Of a stretch of DNA of 64,000 nt, positions 1 to 13,323 are shown piece by piece; the first letter of the stretch is position 1, and every line of letters starts with the position of its first letter. The position numbers and the translations under genes were made by a program. A model generated the notes under the pieces. It searched no databases. It saw only the letters and a program-made list of their open reading frames with translations, and was not told the origin of the DNA. The stretch covers positions 39,804,001-39,868,000 of the forward strand of contig OZ024743.1 in assembly GCA_964016885.1 (NCBI GenBank). The letters run 5' to 3'. The stretch is from Eledone cirrhosa (lineage: Eukaryota).

Positions 1-262
1 TTCCAACTGTAATGGTTGCATTTTTTAAGGGTATGTCAATATTTATTTATAAAACTGATATATATTGTATTTTGTCTGATGAAAGCATACCATAATTTAA
101 CGTGTTATCCTTGAAATATGTATAATGAAATAAATATGGTTTTATAAATATAGTTTCCATTTGTTAATATCGTATGTTTACTCCAAATACTTGTTGAGTG
201 CTTTATATCAGATATAAAAATATTTGCTTATTGTATCCCAACAATTTAAATAGAACTTTTGC
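1..262 (+). mobile_element. Family A PLE pseudo-LTR-like repeat, diverged copy truncated by the window edge
   Basis: Colinear with 6790-7035 (e.g. ...aataaatatggtttttataaatatagtttccattt...); ends in (TA)n. Confidence 0.75.
68..132 (+). ncRNA. Minimal type-I hammerhead motif, family A (degenerate)
   Basis: tattttgt-CTGATGA-...-GAAA-tatgta-TA-atgaaata; stem I has two G-U pairs. Confidence 0.55.
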
Positions 263-270
263 ATATATAT

Positions 271-502
271 ATATTGTTATACTCTGGGAGGGTCATGTTG
301 CCAATAAGAAAGACATGCACTAGCTGCTTTCACTCCAATTTATATTAAATTAAATTTATAAATTTTATTTATAACAAATTGGAGTGAAGCACTGGTGCGT
401 GTGTTTCTTATTGGCAACATGACCCTCCCAAAGTATAACAATATCGGTTTCAACACACGTTTTCAGATAAAGAATCTTGCTAAACAAATTGAGAAACAGA
501 AT
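271..502. mobile_element. Family B asymmetric hairpin element (HHR part absent)
   Basis: Inverted arms ~271-345 and ~375-445 plus a ~58 nt tail; (TA)n on both sides; matches 30877-31535 and 51715-52740. Confidence 0.8.
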
Positions 503-811
503 ATATATATATATATATATATAAACATTTACATATACCCCAATTAAACAAAATCATAGAAATATATGCGTTTATATCTCTGACTTTGTTCAATTGGGGC
601 ATATGTAAATATTTATATTTAATAATCTCCCATAGGTTGAGATGCAATTTGTGCAATATTGGTCTGCGCTTTCTCGCAACCAACCCACTCGCCGTAAGCA
701 ACCAATCAAATGCTTTCTGACTTGTCCACTGCCACGTCACAGTTCTCAGCCATATTGAATTCGTGTTTGGCGGGGGCTACTTCAGAAAATAATCTGTCCT
801 AGCGAGTTTGT

Positions 812-851
812 CCCCTGACGAGTTCGAAACTCGAAATTTATCCTTAATAGG
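812..851 (+). ncRNA. Possible degenerate hammerhead related to family J
   Basis: ccc-CTGACGA-gttcgaaactc-GAAA-tttatccttaa-TA-gg; shares tcctagcgag...ctgacgag with 36888-36914; weak stems. Confidence 0.3.
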
Positions 852-1175
852 TTATCTCAAAATGAGAATGAATCCCAGGGGTAGGGATGTATTCCTGGTA
901 TGTATATAAACATTTCTAACTTTAATGTTTTACCTAATTCCAGGTGCTGTTGAAATGTTAGGTAAATATTCTGTAGCGGTTGGCGGCGAATAGGCTGCTA
1001 TGGTTTATTTATTTACAGTTTCTTCATATGTGTCTTTTAATCTTATAGCCTGGTCTAATTGATTTTTTATGTAGTTAATTATGCTAATTGGGAGAGGAAA
1101 TGATGTATATATATATTATCAAATGGTTCTATGGACATACTTTACTTTATAGTATATATATATATAAAACAACAT

Positions 1176-1424
<249 letters not shown>

Positions 1425-1688
1425 GTAGAAAACCAGTCATAGAAGTAAATGAGAAGAGAAATGAGAACTTAATATAAATCTATATTACTAGATTGATATT
1501 TAGTGTGTGTTGTGCAACTTTTGTATCTAGTCTGGTAATCAGATAATTGCGACCATCGAAACAAAATGTCTTATTTAGTAGTCGAATATATATCAAGCTA
1601 AATAGCAGGCATATATGAAATTAAATCAATATATGTGATAGTGGAACACTGTCTATAATTTAAAACCTTTGATGTAACAACAGGCAGA

Positions 1689-1690
<2 letters not shown>

Positions 1691-1767
<77 letters not shown>

Positions 1768-1856
1768 AATGTGTGTATGTATGAGAGAATGTGTGAGAAC
1801 GTGTGTGTGTGTGTGTGGCAGAGAATGCGTGTGTGTGTGCGTATGTATGTGTGTGT
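1691..1856. repeat. (TG)n microsatellite
   Basis: Read directly; explains ORFs 1598-1888 and 1693-1884. Confidence 0.95.
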
Positions 1857-3062
1857 ATTTGGTTTAATGTGCGTAGATATATAAACAATGGTAAAACGTG
1901 TAGAGTATGGGTTGCTTAATTAGATGTCTATATTTGATCATTACCAACACCATACAGTGTCTGGCTAATATTGACACGCTTAAATATATAATTATTTATT
2001 TAGCTATTTAGCAATATATTCCTTTCGTTTCTTTCGTAGTAGGTATTGATAGTTCATATCTTTCTGGAGGACCTGTCTCAATTTGTATATATGTGTCCTA
2101 CATGGTTCTTTATAAATGATATACTATATTATATTATATAATAGTAAACTACATAATAGTATACTATAGTATAGTATACTATACTATACCACAATACACT
2201 ATACTAAACTATATTATATACAACTAGTGGTAAGAATCTCTCAGAGGAGCTGCAGATGGCCTTGAGTAAAGAAACACGCCCTGGTGCAACTGTTTAGAAC
2301 GTTAACTTCGTAATCTTTATGGAGACTAGACTGCATCAAGGTCATGAATCCTGGCTGCGCTTCTACTGTCATTGTGTCTAGCCATTTGGATTTCGGATAA
2401 TTATTGTGTCTTTGAAGCGTATGAAGATTGTCTTGGAAGATCGAGGGTAATGCCTCTCCCTGACCTCTGCTTTCAAATTTGTAGTTAAACGTTTCCTTGT
2501 GTGTGTAAAAACAACGTCATGGCAGCAGTGGTCAACAGTATTACCGCTAACGTCAAAACTGTTACCATGATTTTGACAATGTTATTTCTCATAGGGTAAG
2601 TTAAAATACGAATATAATGCCCCCAGCAACTAGTTCCACCTGGAAGTCCTCTCTGTTTCTTCCGTTATTGCATTTAGGGATTTGGTTATCATTACTATAC
2701 TGTATAATAATGTAATATACTATAATATAACATAACATATTGTATTGTATATTAACAATTTAGTCAATGTCCCTCTGACAGCAGAACATGAAATCTCATG
2801 AACATTTGAATTCAAAACGTCCTAATGATTGCACATTAATACATGAGTATTATTGCTGCAATAAAGAGTATGTTTGCAATTCATTACTTACAATATCTGC
2901 AAAAGAACATTAAATAAAGATGACTGATATAACGTTGAAAATTGTGAGTTAATTCCATTGTTTGTCATTCTCTGTCAGTGTTAATAACTCCTGTACTTAA
3001 ATATTTATAAACCGTATGTTACAGGGTGTTATCTTGTTATTGGTTATTATCTATTTAATCAT

Positions 3063-3245
3063 GCGGTGGATTGGCAGTATCAGAAGAGGGTCGGACGCCA
3101 TGCTTTCCAGCATAGTTACGTCCCTTTACGATCTGAGTTCAAATCCCGCCGAGGTTGACTTTGCCTTTCATCCTTACGGGGTCGATAAAATAAAGTACCA
3201 GTAATGCACTGGGTAATTGCTGGCCTTGTGCCTAAAGTAGAAACA
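3063..3245 (+). mobile_element. tRNA-derived SINE family S1 with 17-bp TSD
   Basis: A-box-like tggcagtatc, B box gagttcaaatccc; attatctatttaatcat repeated at 3046-3062 and 3246-3262; at least 7 similar copies in the window. Confidence 0.9.
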
Positions 3246-3576
3246 ATTATCTATTTAATCATACCAAATTAAGATATATGGAGCATGCCCTGGTTATACA
3301 CTTACACTCGAGGGACATGTGCACTTGTCAAACAAGTAAATTTCACGTTTTTTTTTATTGTTTAGAGCAATAATATTCAAAACACATCAATACCTGGGGT
3401 CTTCTATTTTGGTATTTAGTATTCTCTCTTTCTCTACTCTCTACGTCGTCCATTCCGATGTCATATTCAGATTTCCTGCACGGGGGAAACCATATAGCTA
3501 AATAAAATCATCATACTGTGTCAATGAATCATTGGTCTTGTGTTAATTTAAGATTTGTGTATTGTTTTCCGGTTAT

Positions 3577-3577
3577 C

Positions 3578-3615
<38 letters not shown>

Positions 3616-3682
3616 TAGTAGTAGTAGTAGTACCAGTAGTGGTGTTGGTAGGGGGTAGTGGTAGTAGTGGTAGTATTAGTAT

Positions 3683-3738
<56 letters not shown>
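3577..3738. repeat. (GTA)n microsatellite
   Basis: Read directly; explains the poly-V/poly-S ORF. Confidence 0.95.
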
Positions 3739-5557
3739 TGTTTCAAGCATCAATTATAGGGAACAATAACAAATATCTTGTAAATATGCTGCAAATGAAA
3801 GAACAGAAATATATAAGAAGCATATTTCATTTTGATATCTATTTTAAATACCTAATGAGAAATCGATATATTTTTTGGAGAAGGACAAATGATTGACAAT
3901 AATCCCTAAACACATCAGTGTTATTTTTCATGTTCTTGTTCTTTTTTTATGTTGATATTTAGGTCATTTAAATTGGTACGAAAAGATGCTAGATATTTGA
4001 ACGTTAAAGGTTATGTAATTAACTATTCGAAAAATTGACCAATATAACCATAATCATTCATATATAAAAAAAGGAATATCAATTCTAGTCACAACGTATA
4101 ATGTAGTGTCGATTGAAGTGGTTGAATAATATATCATAGCTGTTACAAGATATCTATAAGATCTGAAATCGGATTACATAACATTACTGTGTAAAGAATA
4201 TTATACAGCAAAATATAGCTGATTTATTTCAGCTATGTGCAGCGTCAAACTAAATGAATATGGAAAATTATTCAAATGCAATTTATCATATTGTGTTCTA
4301 GATTAGTCACAAGCGCAGTTATTAGAAAGAAATGGAAAAGGCACATGAATCAATCCCAAGCATTGGTTGGATCTTTAATATGACGGCAACCCCTATGGTT
4401 GAAAAATAAAGTTGACCTCCTTGGAATTTGTATTAAAAATATTTAGAACCGTAACTCAATTGCACAAAGGATATATCTGACGCTATAACAATAGTGCCAA
4501 TCCAGTACCCGAATTGAAGGTGATATGATACAATCACGTGTTACTGTGGACAACAATTCAGACACTTATTTAATGAAAAGATAAGCAATCCTTTACAAGT
4601 TATTTCTCCTTGGAAATTATCAGTGTGTTAAGACCTGTACTGTAGCAACGTGAATGCACTCAGCTTTGGGGTTAGGTTGTTTGTTGTACGATCATAAATT
4701 CATAAGCATGCTCCTCAGACTAGATTTTGCATTATTTCTTTGAGAACATCATTTCAACTTTCACGTTCCACGCACCAAGAAATAAGGAGAATTGGTGACA
4801 CTGATGCTAAACTGCATTTGTCTTTATCTTCCCCATGGACAGGCTAGATGACATGAATGACTGCTAGTATTCCATAAGACACATTGTCCTAGCTCGTGTC
4901 TCGAAGAGGCAAACCTATTGTCAGTCACGCGTGAGTATAAAATCCTTCAAATGTTGTGACGAACGGAGTTATTTACTATTCAAGACCGAACAATAATCTT
5001 AATAAATCAGAATGATTTGCTTATAAAATGTGCATAACTTATGGACAATGATTTATGAGATATATACATAAAGAAACTATCAATGATTTGAGAGGAAGTT
5101 ATCCCTGTGTTCTGAATCGTGTCTATTTTAGCGTAATGTTATACAATAATTTCAAGTGTGTAACAATTAAAGTACAAATTTACAAATAAACTATGCATCC
5201 CTGATAATTATACCACTAGGAAATAATTAGATTGCAGTTGTGTTAAATTGTCTCATTAATTATATAGTGCTGTCTACCAACACAGAAATTCTGGTCGCCA
5301 ACCTACATTTTCCCATTTGTTTTTAAGCGAGTTATTATCACTGCTAAGAACACAATGAACGTTTGTGTAGACCATGTTATTTTGGCGTGAGGCTGTTTCA
5401 ATTCTACTGGTGATGAAGCTGTTTTCACACACGCGATATCCAAACCTACTCCAAATACACTCACTACATTAGCACACGACACAAACGTATGCACCTATAT
5501 GTTTATGTTTAAAATTCTATATATACATAGATTTCTACATTTCTACATGCAAACATA

Positions 5558-5639
<82 letters not shown>

Positions 5640-6566
5640 AGAGCAAGAGAGAGAGAGGGAGAGTGTGTCTGTGAAAGAGATATGTATAACCTCGACTAAG
5701 GCACCAAGCGGTTTTGGGATTTTACATATCTCTATACGCATACATCTTCCCATGTATGAAGTACTCACATATTTATTGACTCCACGGTCTCAGCACCACA
5801 GACTCTATCTATATATAGTGCCCATGCTCTCCTTTCCTTTCTTCTACCAATACTTTTTTTCATTTCTCTTTCCATCACACTTCTTCTTTCACGCTCGCTT
5901 ACTTTTGTGTCTACATATACTTCTTTCCACCGTTTTCTGTATAAAAAAGAAGGCCCCACACAACCACAATTATCTCAGTGGCTGGAAGAGTCCGGGAACG
6001 TTCTGTGTCATCTCTTCTTAGGACTTCAGTAAAAACTATGTATTTAAATTTATTTTTATTTTTATTTTTCACTCCTTGGCCATGCTATTGCTCACCTTGT
6101 TCAGTTGGGGAAGATTTGTTTGTAACAATTTTCTGTCATTGTTTGTGAATTGGAAGAATCGGTAGAGCGACGAACAACATGTTGACAGACAAAGAGTTAC
6201 GGCCATTTTCGTTTTGAAATCAAATTCCGACAAGTTAGCTTTACCTTTTATCGAAATGATTTACCAGTAAGCACTGGTCTGGATTTAATCGATTTTCCTT
6301 GCCTTTTAAAATGGCGTTGTTTTTAAAGTAGAAAAAATTATATGGATTTCTCGAATTTGACTGAAACGAAGGGACAATATATATATATATATATATATAA
6401 ATTAATATATGATAAACATTTACATGTTTTAGATGCAATTGAGTAATTATTAGTCAATTGCAACTAAAACATGTAAATGTTTATCATATATTAATTTATA
6501 CTGCTCAGAAGCGATTCTTAGAGCTGAAATAATTGTAAATGACCCCATTGAGTTGAAACTCTAAGT

Positions 6567-6604
<38 letters not shown>

Positions 6605-6608
<4 letters not shown>

Positions 6609-7035
6609 GATATTAAATAAATGGAAACTATATTTATAAAACCATATTTATTTTATTATACATATTTCAGGGATAGCAAATTAAAATACGGCATGCCTTC
6701 GTCAGATAAAATACAATATATAAACAGTTTTATAAATAATTTTGACGTACCCTATTAAAAGCGACCAGACAGCCTCCAAAAATAATGGTCGCTTTTAATA
6801 GGGTACGTCAAAATTATTTATAAAACTGTTTATATATTGTATTTTATCTGACTAAGGCATGCCATATTTTAATTTGGTATCCCTGAAATATGTATAATAA
6901 AATAAATATGGTTTTATAAATATAGTTTCCATTTATTTAATATCGTATATCTACTCCAAAAACTTGTCGAGTGCTTTATATCAGTTATCAAATATTTACT
7001 TGTTTATCCCAACAGTTTTAAATAAAACTTGTACA
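6605..7035. mobile_element. Family A asymmetric head-to-head hairpin element
   Basis: Near-perfect inverted arms ~6605-6767 and ~6786-6948, plus a ~87 nt tail on the right; (TA)n on both sides. Confidence 0.85.
6649..6713 (-). ncRNA. Minimal type-I hammerhead, family A (intact core)
   Basis: Minus strand: tattttat-CTGACGA-agg...cct-GAAA-t atgt a-TA-ataaaata (8-bp stem I, AUA cleavage triplet). Mirror copy 6840-6904 (+) has CTGACTA. Confidence 0.7.
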
Positions 7036-7135
7036 TATATATATATAATGGAAAATGTTAACAGGAACAAAACAGAGAGGCAGTACAACGAATGTTTATT
7101 AATTTCACGCTGTGGAGAGTGGGGTGGTGGTGGGG

Positions 7136-7169
7136 AACAACGTTTCGGGTATAAGCCCTTCCTCAGGTG
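7136..7169 (-). ncRNA. Minimal hammerhead-like motif at the PLE 3' end
   Basis: Minus strand: cac-CTGAGGA-a ggg cttata ccc-GAAA-cg-TT-gt; stem I only ~2 bp. Confidence 0.5.
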
Positions 7170-8679
7170 AAAAGTGTGTGGGAAGAGAGTTCAACGGGTG
7201 TGTAGTGGAGTGGTGAAGAGACATATAGCGAAAAGGGGATGGGAGGAAACGGTGCGAATGAAATTAAAAATAAAAATAAAAAATAAAAATAAAAATAAAG
7301 CATGATCAAAATAAAATGAAATGAAATAAAAATAAAAGCATGATCAAAATAAAATCAAATTAAAAAGGGGTAAAACAGGTGGTGGAAGGGTGTGGGGTGT
7401 GTAGGGGTGGTGGCGGGTGTGGTGGTGAGATGGAGACGGGGTGTCCGAGCGGAGAGGGCTGAAGGTGGTGTGTGTGTGCAGGTGTACGTGTGTGTGTGTG
7501 TATGTGAAAGCAAGGGTTGGGGGACGAACGGGGTTGCATGTTCAGGAAGAGGTGTGTGTGGTGTGGGGTGTAGGACGGAGTGTGTGTGCGTGTGTGGATA
7601 TAGTGGTGGGGGGAGAGGAATCCGGAGGCTGAAGGTGTAAATATGTGGTGGAAAGCACGTGTGTGAGGGGTTTAAGCGTGTTGTAGGTGTAGGTGGCGTG
7701 TGGGAGAAAAAAAATGTTTTTGGGTGTGTGGGTGAGTTATATAGGTGATTCCGTAAGAGGATGTGGTTGAAATGTTGGTAAACTCCTATGATGGTAGTAG
7801 ATTCCACGGTCAAGCTCCACATACGAGTATTCCATGAAAAGATGGTCGGAAGAGGAGAGATGTGGGGTGCGCGCGCAACAGGAAGTGATCAAGGGGGTAG
7901 GAGTGCTGTGTGTCTGTATGTGCTGGGAGGTGGTCAGACAGCATAGCAGCAGTCGGGTGGAATGGTAAAGGGGCGAGGATGGGTAGGTGTGAAAGTTGGA
8001 GTGAGGAGGGTGTATGTGTGTATTAGTAGAGGTGTTAGTGGGATGAGTGAGTGTGGAGAAAGGGTGTGGGTGGAGCGGGGAGAGAAGGGTGTGGGAGTCG
8101 ATGGAGAGAGTGTGGTGTACTGGTGTGTGTGTAGTTTGATGAAGGGGGTGTTAGTGGGTGTTAGTATACGGGAGGTGGAGAAAGGGTTGAATGCAGGTGT
8201 GAGTGGGGGTTAGTGGTGCTAGAGTGTCCCTAGTTGGTGGTGTACGAGGGTGTGTGGGTACGTGTGCGTGGGGTTGGAGGGTGTTAGTGATAATAGTTGC
8301 GTGTGGGGTGGGTGGTGTAAGTGGGTGCGTGTGCTCGTGTGCTTGGGGTCAGGGGTGTTAGTGATGATGGTTGCAGGGTGGTGGGATGGATGTGTGGGGG
8401 TGAGTGTTAGTGGTGGTAGTAGGGTCTGTGTTTAGTGTGAGCGCGTGTATATATGTGCCGGAGGGTGTGTGCGTGTGATACGGAGGGGTGGAGGAGAAGA
8501 AGGGAGGGATGTTAGTATGTTAGTTGGGGAAGGGTGGTCGGATGAGGGGTGGAGTGGGGTGTTAGTATTGTTAGTTGTGGGGTGGGCGGTGAAAAGGAGG
8601 GGTGGGTTAGTGGTGTTAGTGGGGGATATGTGTGGGGCGAGGGGGGCGGTCGAAGGCTAAAGGAATAAGGGTGGGGAGT

Positions 8680-10870
8680 TCAGGCCGGGGGGAGTGTAGG
8701 TCTGTAAGATGAAGATGGTTCTTTGTTCAACTCTGAGGAGATGGCGGGTGTTCCGTGGCATTGGAGTAGGCCACGAACTGTGAGATGGCGTGCGGAATGT
8801 CCAGGGGCACCAAAGTGGCGGGCGATGGGGGAACTACCACCGAGACGAATATCCCGGAGGTGCTCAGTGAATCGGTCCGCCAAGCAACGTTCCGTCTGTC
8901 CGACGTAAGTCGCGCTGCATTCCGTGCAGCGAAGTCCGTAGACTAGGTTGGAGGAGGTGCAGCGGAAGGCATGCCGGACAGAGAGAGAGTGGCCGTTGGG
9001 ACCCTGGAAGGTGGTGGTGTTGGTGATGTGGTGACAGGTGTTGCAGCGTGGCCTAGAACAGGGAAAGGAACCTGGGGGGGGGGAAGATCGTGGGTTTGGG
9101 GGTAGGGACTGTGGACGAGCAGGGTGCGGAGATTGCGGGCGCGTTTGAAGGAGGGGAGTGGTAGGGTTGGGAAGATGTGGGAGGTGGAGGGGTCGGACTG
9201 GAGGCGTCGGAAGAGGCGGCTGATAGTGCGGTGGAGGGGGTAAGTGGGAGGGGTGGTAGGTGATGGGGAAGGCGAGACGGTGGGTGGGTGTGCAGTGGCG
9301 TGGGGTGAGGGTGGTGGAGCGGTGGACAGCACGGGCGCGGTGAGAGCGGTGTGGACGAGAGGGGGGGGGGACCTCTGCGGATGAAATGGCTGACTAGGGA
9401 AAGGGCCTGGGACTCGAAGTCAGCATCTCGGCTACAGAGGCGGCCGATCCTGAGGAGTTGGGAGTAGGGAATAGAGTGTTTAGTGTGTGTCGGGTGGAAA
9501 GAGTTGAAGTCGAGGTAAGCGAGGGAGTCCGTGGGTTTGAAGAAGGCGGAGGTTACGAGGGAGTGGTGGGAGGGGTTGAAGGCGACGGAGATGTCTAAGA
9601 AGTGGACGTGGGTGGGGAAGTGGAGGGAGGGGTGGAAGGAGCAGAAGAAGGAGAGAAAGGAGTCGAGCTGTTCTCGGGTGAGGGTCGTGGATCCGATACA
9701 GTCGTCAATGTAACGACCGTACAGTTCGGGCGTGGGGCCGGTCTACTGGGCAAAGATTTGGGCCTCAACATGGCCAACAAAAAGGTTGGCATAGTTCGGG
9801 CCCATTCTTGTACCCATGGCTACCCCCGTGACCTGTTGGTAAAACTCACCCGAGAAGGAGAAACAATTGAGGGTGAGGACCAGCTCGGCGAGGCGGAGGA
9901 GGGTTGGGCTGGAGGGAATGGGGGAGGGGCGAAGGTCGAGGTAGTGTTTGAGGGCGCGTAGGCCGTCGGCGTGGGGATGACGGTATTGAGGGACTTGGTG
10001 TCTAGGGTGAAGAGGAAGGGCTGTGGGCCGGGTGGGTAGGTGAAGGAGTCGAAAAGGCGCAGGGCGTGGTTGGTGTCGGAGATGTGGAGGGGAGGGTGGT
10101 GACAAGGGGGGCGAGGATGGAGTCGAGAAAGGCGGAGATGAGTTCGGTGGGGGCAGTTGCAAGCGGAATCGATGGGGCGGCCGGGGTTGTCGGGTTTGTG
10201 GAGTTTGGGGAGGATGTAGATGGTAGGGGTGCGGGGGGTGCGGACGAAGAGGTGGGAAGCGGTGGGGTGGAGGAGGGAGGAGGAGACAAGGTGTTGGATG
10301 GTGGAGGAAACTTGTTGTTGGTATAGGGGTGTGGGATCGGAGGGTAGAGGGCGGTAGAAGAGGGGGTTTCAGAGCTGCCTGAGGCGTCGGCCGTGTAGAG
10401 GTCCGCGCGCCACACCACCATGGCGCCTCCCTTGTCTGCCGGTTTAATGACGATGTCATCTCGGCTACGAAGGGAGCGGGGAGCGAGAAGTTCGCCCCGT
10501 GAGATATTATTCCGTTTGGAACGGTGGCGGAAGTCGAAACGATTTACTGCGCTACGGCTGGCATCGACGAACGCGTCCAGGGTGCTAAATGCCCTGGGGC
10601 CGGCGTCCAAGAAGGTGGTCGTGGGCCCAGGGCGAGAAACGGGTCTGGGGCGTCCGGAGCCGGTGGCGTTCGGCCGAAATGTGCCTGGAGCTTGGTGCGT
10701 CGCACGAATCGCTTGACTTCCGTTCGGGTGCGGAACTCGTCGCTGTGCGGAGTGTGTGGTGTGAAGCGAAGGCCTCTACTAAGGAGTGAGCGCTCAGGTA
10801 CGGAGAGGGGGAGGTCGGGGGGTATGGTGACAACAAGTGGTGGGGTTTTGGTGTGTGGGGGGAAGGGATG
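8680..10870 (-). pseudogene. PLE RT / GIY-YIG endonuclease ORF broken by frameshifts
   Basis: Across frames: IVIKPADKGGAMVVW; FSFSGEFYQQVTGVAMGTRMGPNYANLFVG; YGRYIDDCIG (~9690-9725); Cys linker CSRPRCNTCHH (~9025-9060); NLVYGLRCTECSATYVGQTERCLADRFTEHLRDIR. Confidence 0.9.
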
Positions 10871-10961
10871 ATGTGGTGAGGGGTGAGGTGGAGGGTGGGG
10901 ATTGGGTAGGGGTGTGGGTCGAGGGAGGGGTGGAGAGTGGTGGGCTCATGGGGATGGACGG

Positions 10962-11054
10962 GTGCATTGAACCACAAAGTTACTAAGACAAAACCTATAT
11001 ATTTGTAGCATTGATATGCATCTGTATGTATATATATGTTACTAGATATTAATT

Positions 11055-11060
<6 letters not shown>
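10962..11060 (+). mobile_element. Family E tail fragment joined to the PLE 5' end
   Basis: Reverse complement of ~44087-44183 and ~35917-36012. Confidence 0.75.
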
Positions 11061-11117
<57 letters not shown>

Positions 11118-11129
11118 GTGGGTGTATGT

Positions 11130-11190
<61 letters not shown>

Positions 11191-11628
11191 TGCGTGTATC
11201 ATACTATATACAGGGGGAATGTCCAGGAGGGATTGGGGGAATAGGAATGTTCCTTGTAGCTTGCATTATACATCGGTTAAAGCGATCATGGTCTCCGAGC
11301 CGACATGCTTAACAGGTAAATAACAAATCGGTGATTCTCTATATAACCTATATAATCAGATAGTGTAGGCTGACTCAAGGAAACTAAAAGCGAATCCTCT
11401 AATGCTTCAAAACTTACATCCTCATGTGTAACCCAATGTAAAACATATATTATTCGATTACATGCGTAATATTTGCTATTATAACGTTTCTGTTTCATGC
11501 TCGATAAACAAATAGCCAATCAGAAAAGAAGATGAATGTGCGTGTGTGAGTTTTGAAAACAGAGTCTTTGGTAACGAACATTAAAAAGGAAAGAATGAAT
11601 GTATATAAATCATTATTTTAAAATAAAG

Positions 11629-11971
11629 GGTGGTGGATTGGCAGTATCGGTAGAGGGTCGGACGCCATGCTTTCCAGCATAGTTACGTCCCTTTACGATC
11701 TGAGTTCAAATCCCGCCGAGGTTGACTTTGCCTTTCATCCTTACGGGGTCGATAAAATAAAGTACCAGTAATGCACTGGATAATTGCTGGCCTTGTGCCT
11801 AAAGTAGAAACAATTATTTAAAAATAATGTTTTGCATAGAGTTACGGCCCTTGCCATTCTGAGTTCAAATCCTGCCGAGGTTAACTTTGTCTTTCATCCT
11901 TAAGAGGTCGATAAAATAAAGTACCAGTAATGTACTGAGTAATTGCTGGCATTGTGCCGAAAGTAGAAACA
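11629..11971 (+). mobile_element. SINE S1 dimer (full plus 5'-truncated copy) inside one 17-bp TSD
   Basis: attattttaaaataaag at 11612-11628 and 11972-11988. Confidence 0.85.
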
Positions 11972-13133
11972 ATTATTTTAAAATAAAGAGAACAAAGTTT
12001 TCTACAAATTTTTTGTGCCTCCCAAATTCTAAAAATATTTTATATAATGGGATTTTGTTTTCTGGAGTTCATTCGTTGATTGATTCTGTCGATATGATCA
12101 ACGAAAAATACTCTTCATGAAATTAATTTTCAAGTGACTGACAAATACTCTGAAACCTGCCCTCTTAAATGATGTATCGCGTGACACTTTCTGTGGCAAG
12201 GCTTATTTTTTGGTTTTTAATTAAAAGTACATTTACATCAATTTCTTAACTGGGTTAACTGAAGAAATGCGAAATAAAGAATCTTGCTCAAGGACTCTAC
12301 ACACTACCAGAAATGGCATATATATGACCTTTCGAGTGTCAGTCGAGCACTCTAAGCAGTAAGCCTTCACCTTCTGTTCATTGTAGACTATAAACATACA
12401 ACCAATCCATTTTGATATCACTTACGTACTACGTGGTGTAATGATTGACACACTAAACGTCAATAAGGAAACACATAACCGGGAACCCAAATCATACTGC
12501 AGCATTTGGAGAAGAAGTTTGCTTAGCAATCAGAGGTTTCTTCATTTCAACCACCACTGCATATTATCTTGGCCATGTATTTATTTTCTGAAGCTGTCAT
12601 TGAAATTGCGGAGATGAAAGTTGTCTGGAAAGCCGTCCAATAGATTATGCCTGTATCTCAAATGGTCTGCTACGCTGATCTAGTTTGGGAGGAAAGTTAA
12701 AGTTACATTTATCTGAGAAAAAAAATACCGACTTACATGCTAGCTCATGAGATCGCAGATAAGCTGACAATACTCACTGTCGAACTCAACAGGTGTTCCA
12801 AAATCAACGATGTGTTATGTAAGGAAATGTCGTAAGATTAATGTATCCATGGACTTCCTTAAAACACTGTGCTGGTAATTATTGTGCTACATTCAATCAT
12901 AGTTTGTAAAAAATAGGGTCGGACTTTAGACATACACCAACAAATAACTCATGAGCTGAGGCACTCTCAGTGAATTACAATAAAATCCCTATCAATTTAC
13001 TTCATTTTATCAACTTCAAAATAGAGGAGGGTAAATTAAACCCTGTGGGATATAAAACAGAGTTTTGGTACAAATACCGCCAAGCATTTTGTCTGAAGAA
13101 ATATCGAATTTTCCAAACAAATCGATTAATCAA

Positions 13134-13323
13134 TAATTGTTTCTACTTTAGGCACAAGGCCAGCAATTACCCAGTGCATTACTGGTACTTTATTTTATCG
13201 ACCCCGTAAGGATGAAAGGTAAAGTCAACCTCGGCGGGATTTGAACTCAGATCGTAAAGGGACGTAACTATGCTGGAAAGCATGGCGTCCGACCCTCTAC
13301 CGATACTGCCAATCCACCACCCT
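13134..13323 (-). mobile_element. SINE S1
   Basis: Reverse complement of 11629-11815; TSD tcgattaatcaataat on both sides. Confidence 0.9.

Larger units (their letters stand above)
7049..10960 (-). mobile_element. Penelope-like retroelement, Neptune-like, 5'-truncated
   Basis: RT and GIY-YIG motifs (see pseudogene entry); long C-rich 3' UTR 7049-8680; 3' end abuts (TA)n; HHR-like motif near the 3' end. Confidence 0.9.

Noticed and set aside
3063-3150. tRNA-like A and B boxes
   Set aside because: SINE heads with no complete cloverleaf; not tRNA genes.
5690-6030. STKAPSGFG resembling a PLE endonuclease C-terminus
   Set aside because: Only a few residues and no intact downstream HHR.
7355-8660. 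Pro/His/Thr- or Gly/Val-rich ORFs
   Set aside because: Low-complexity 3' UTR of the PLE; no domain motifs.
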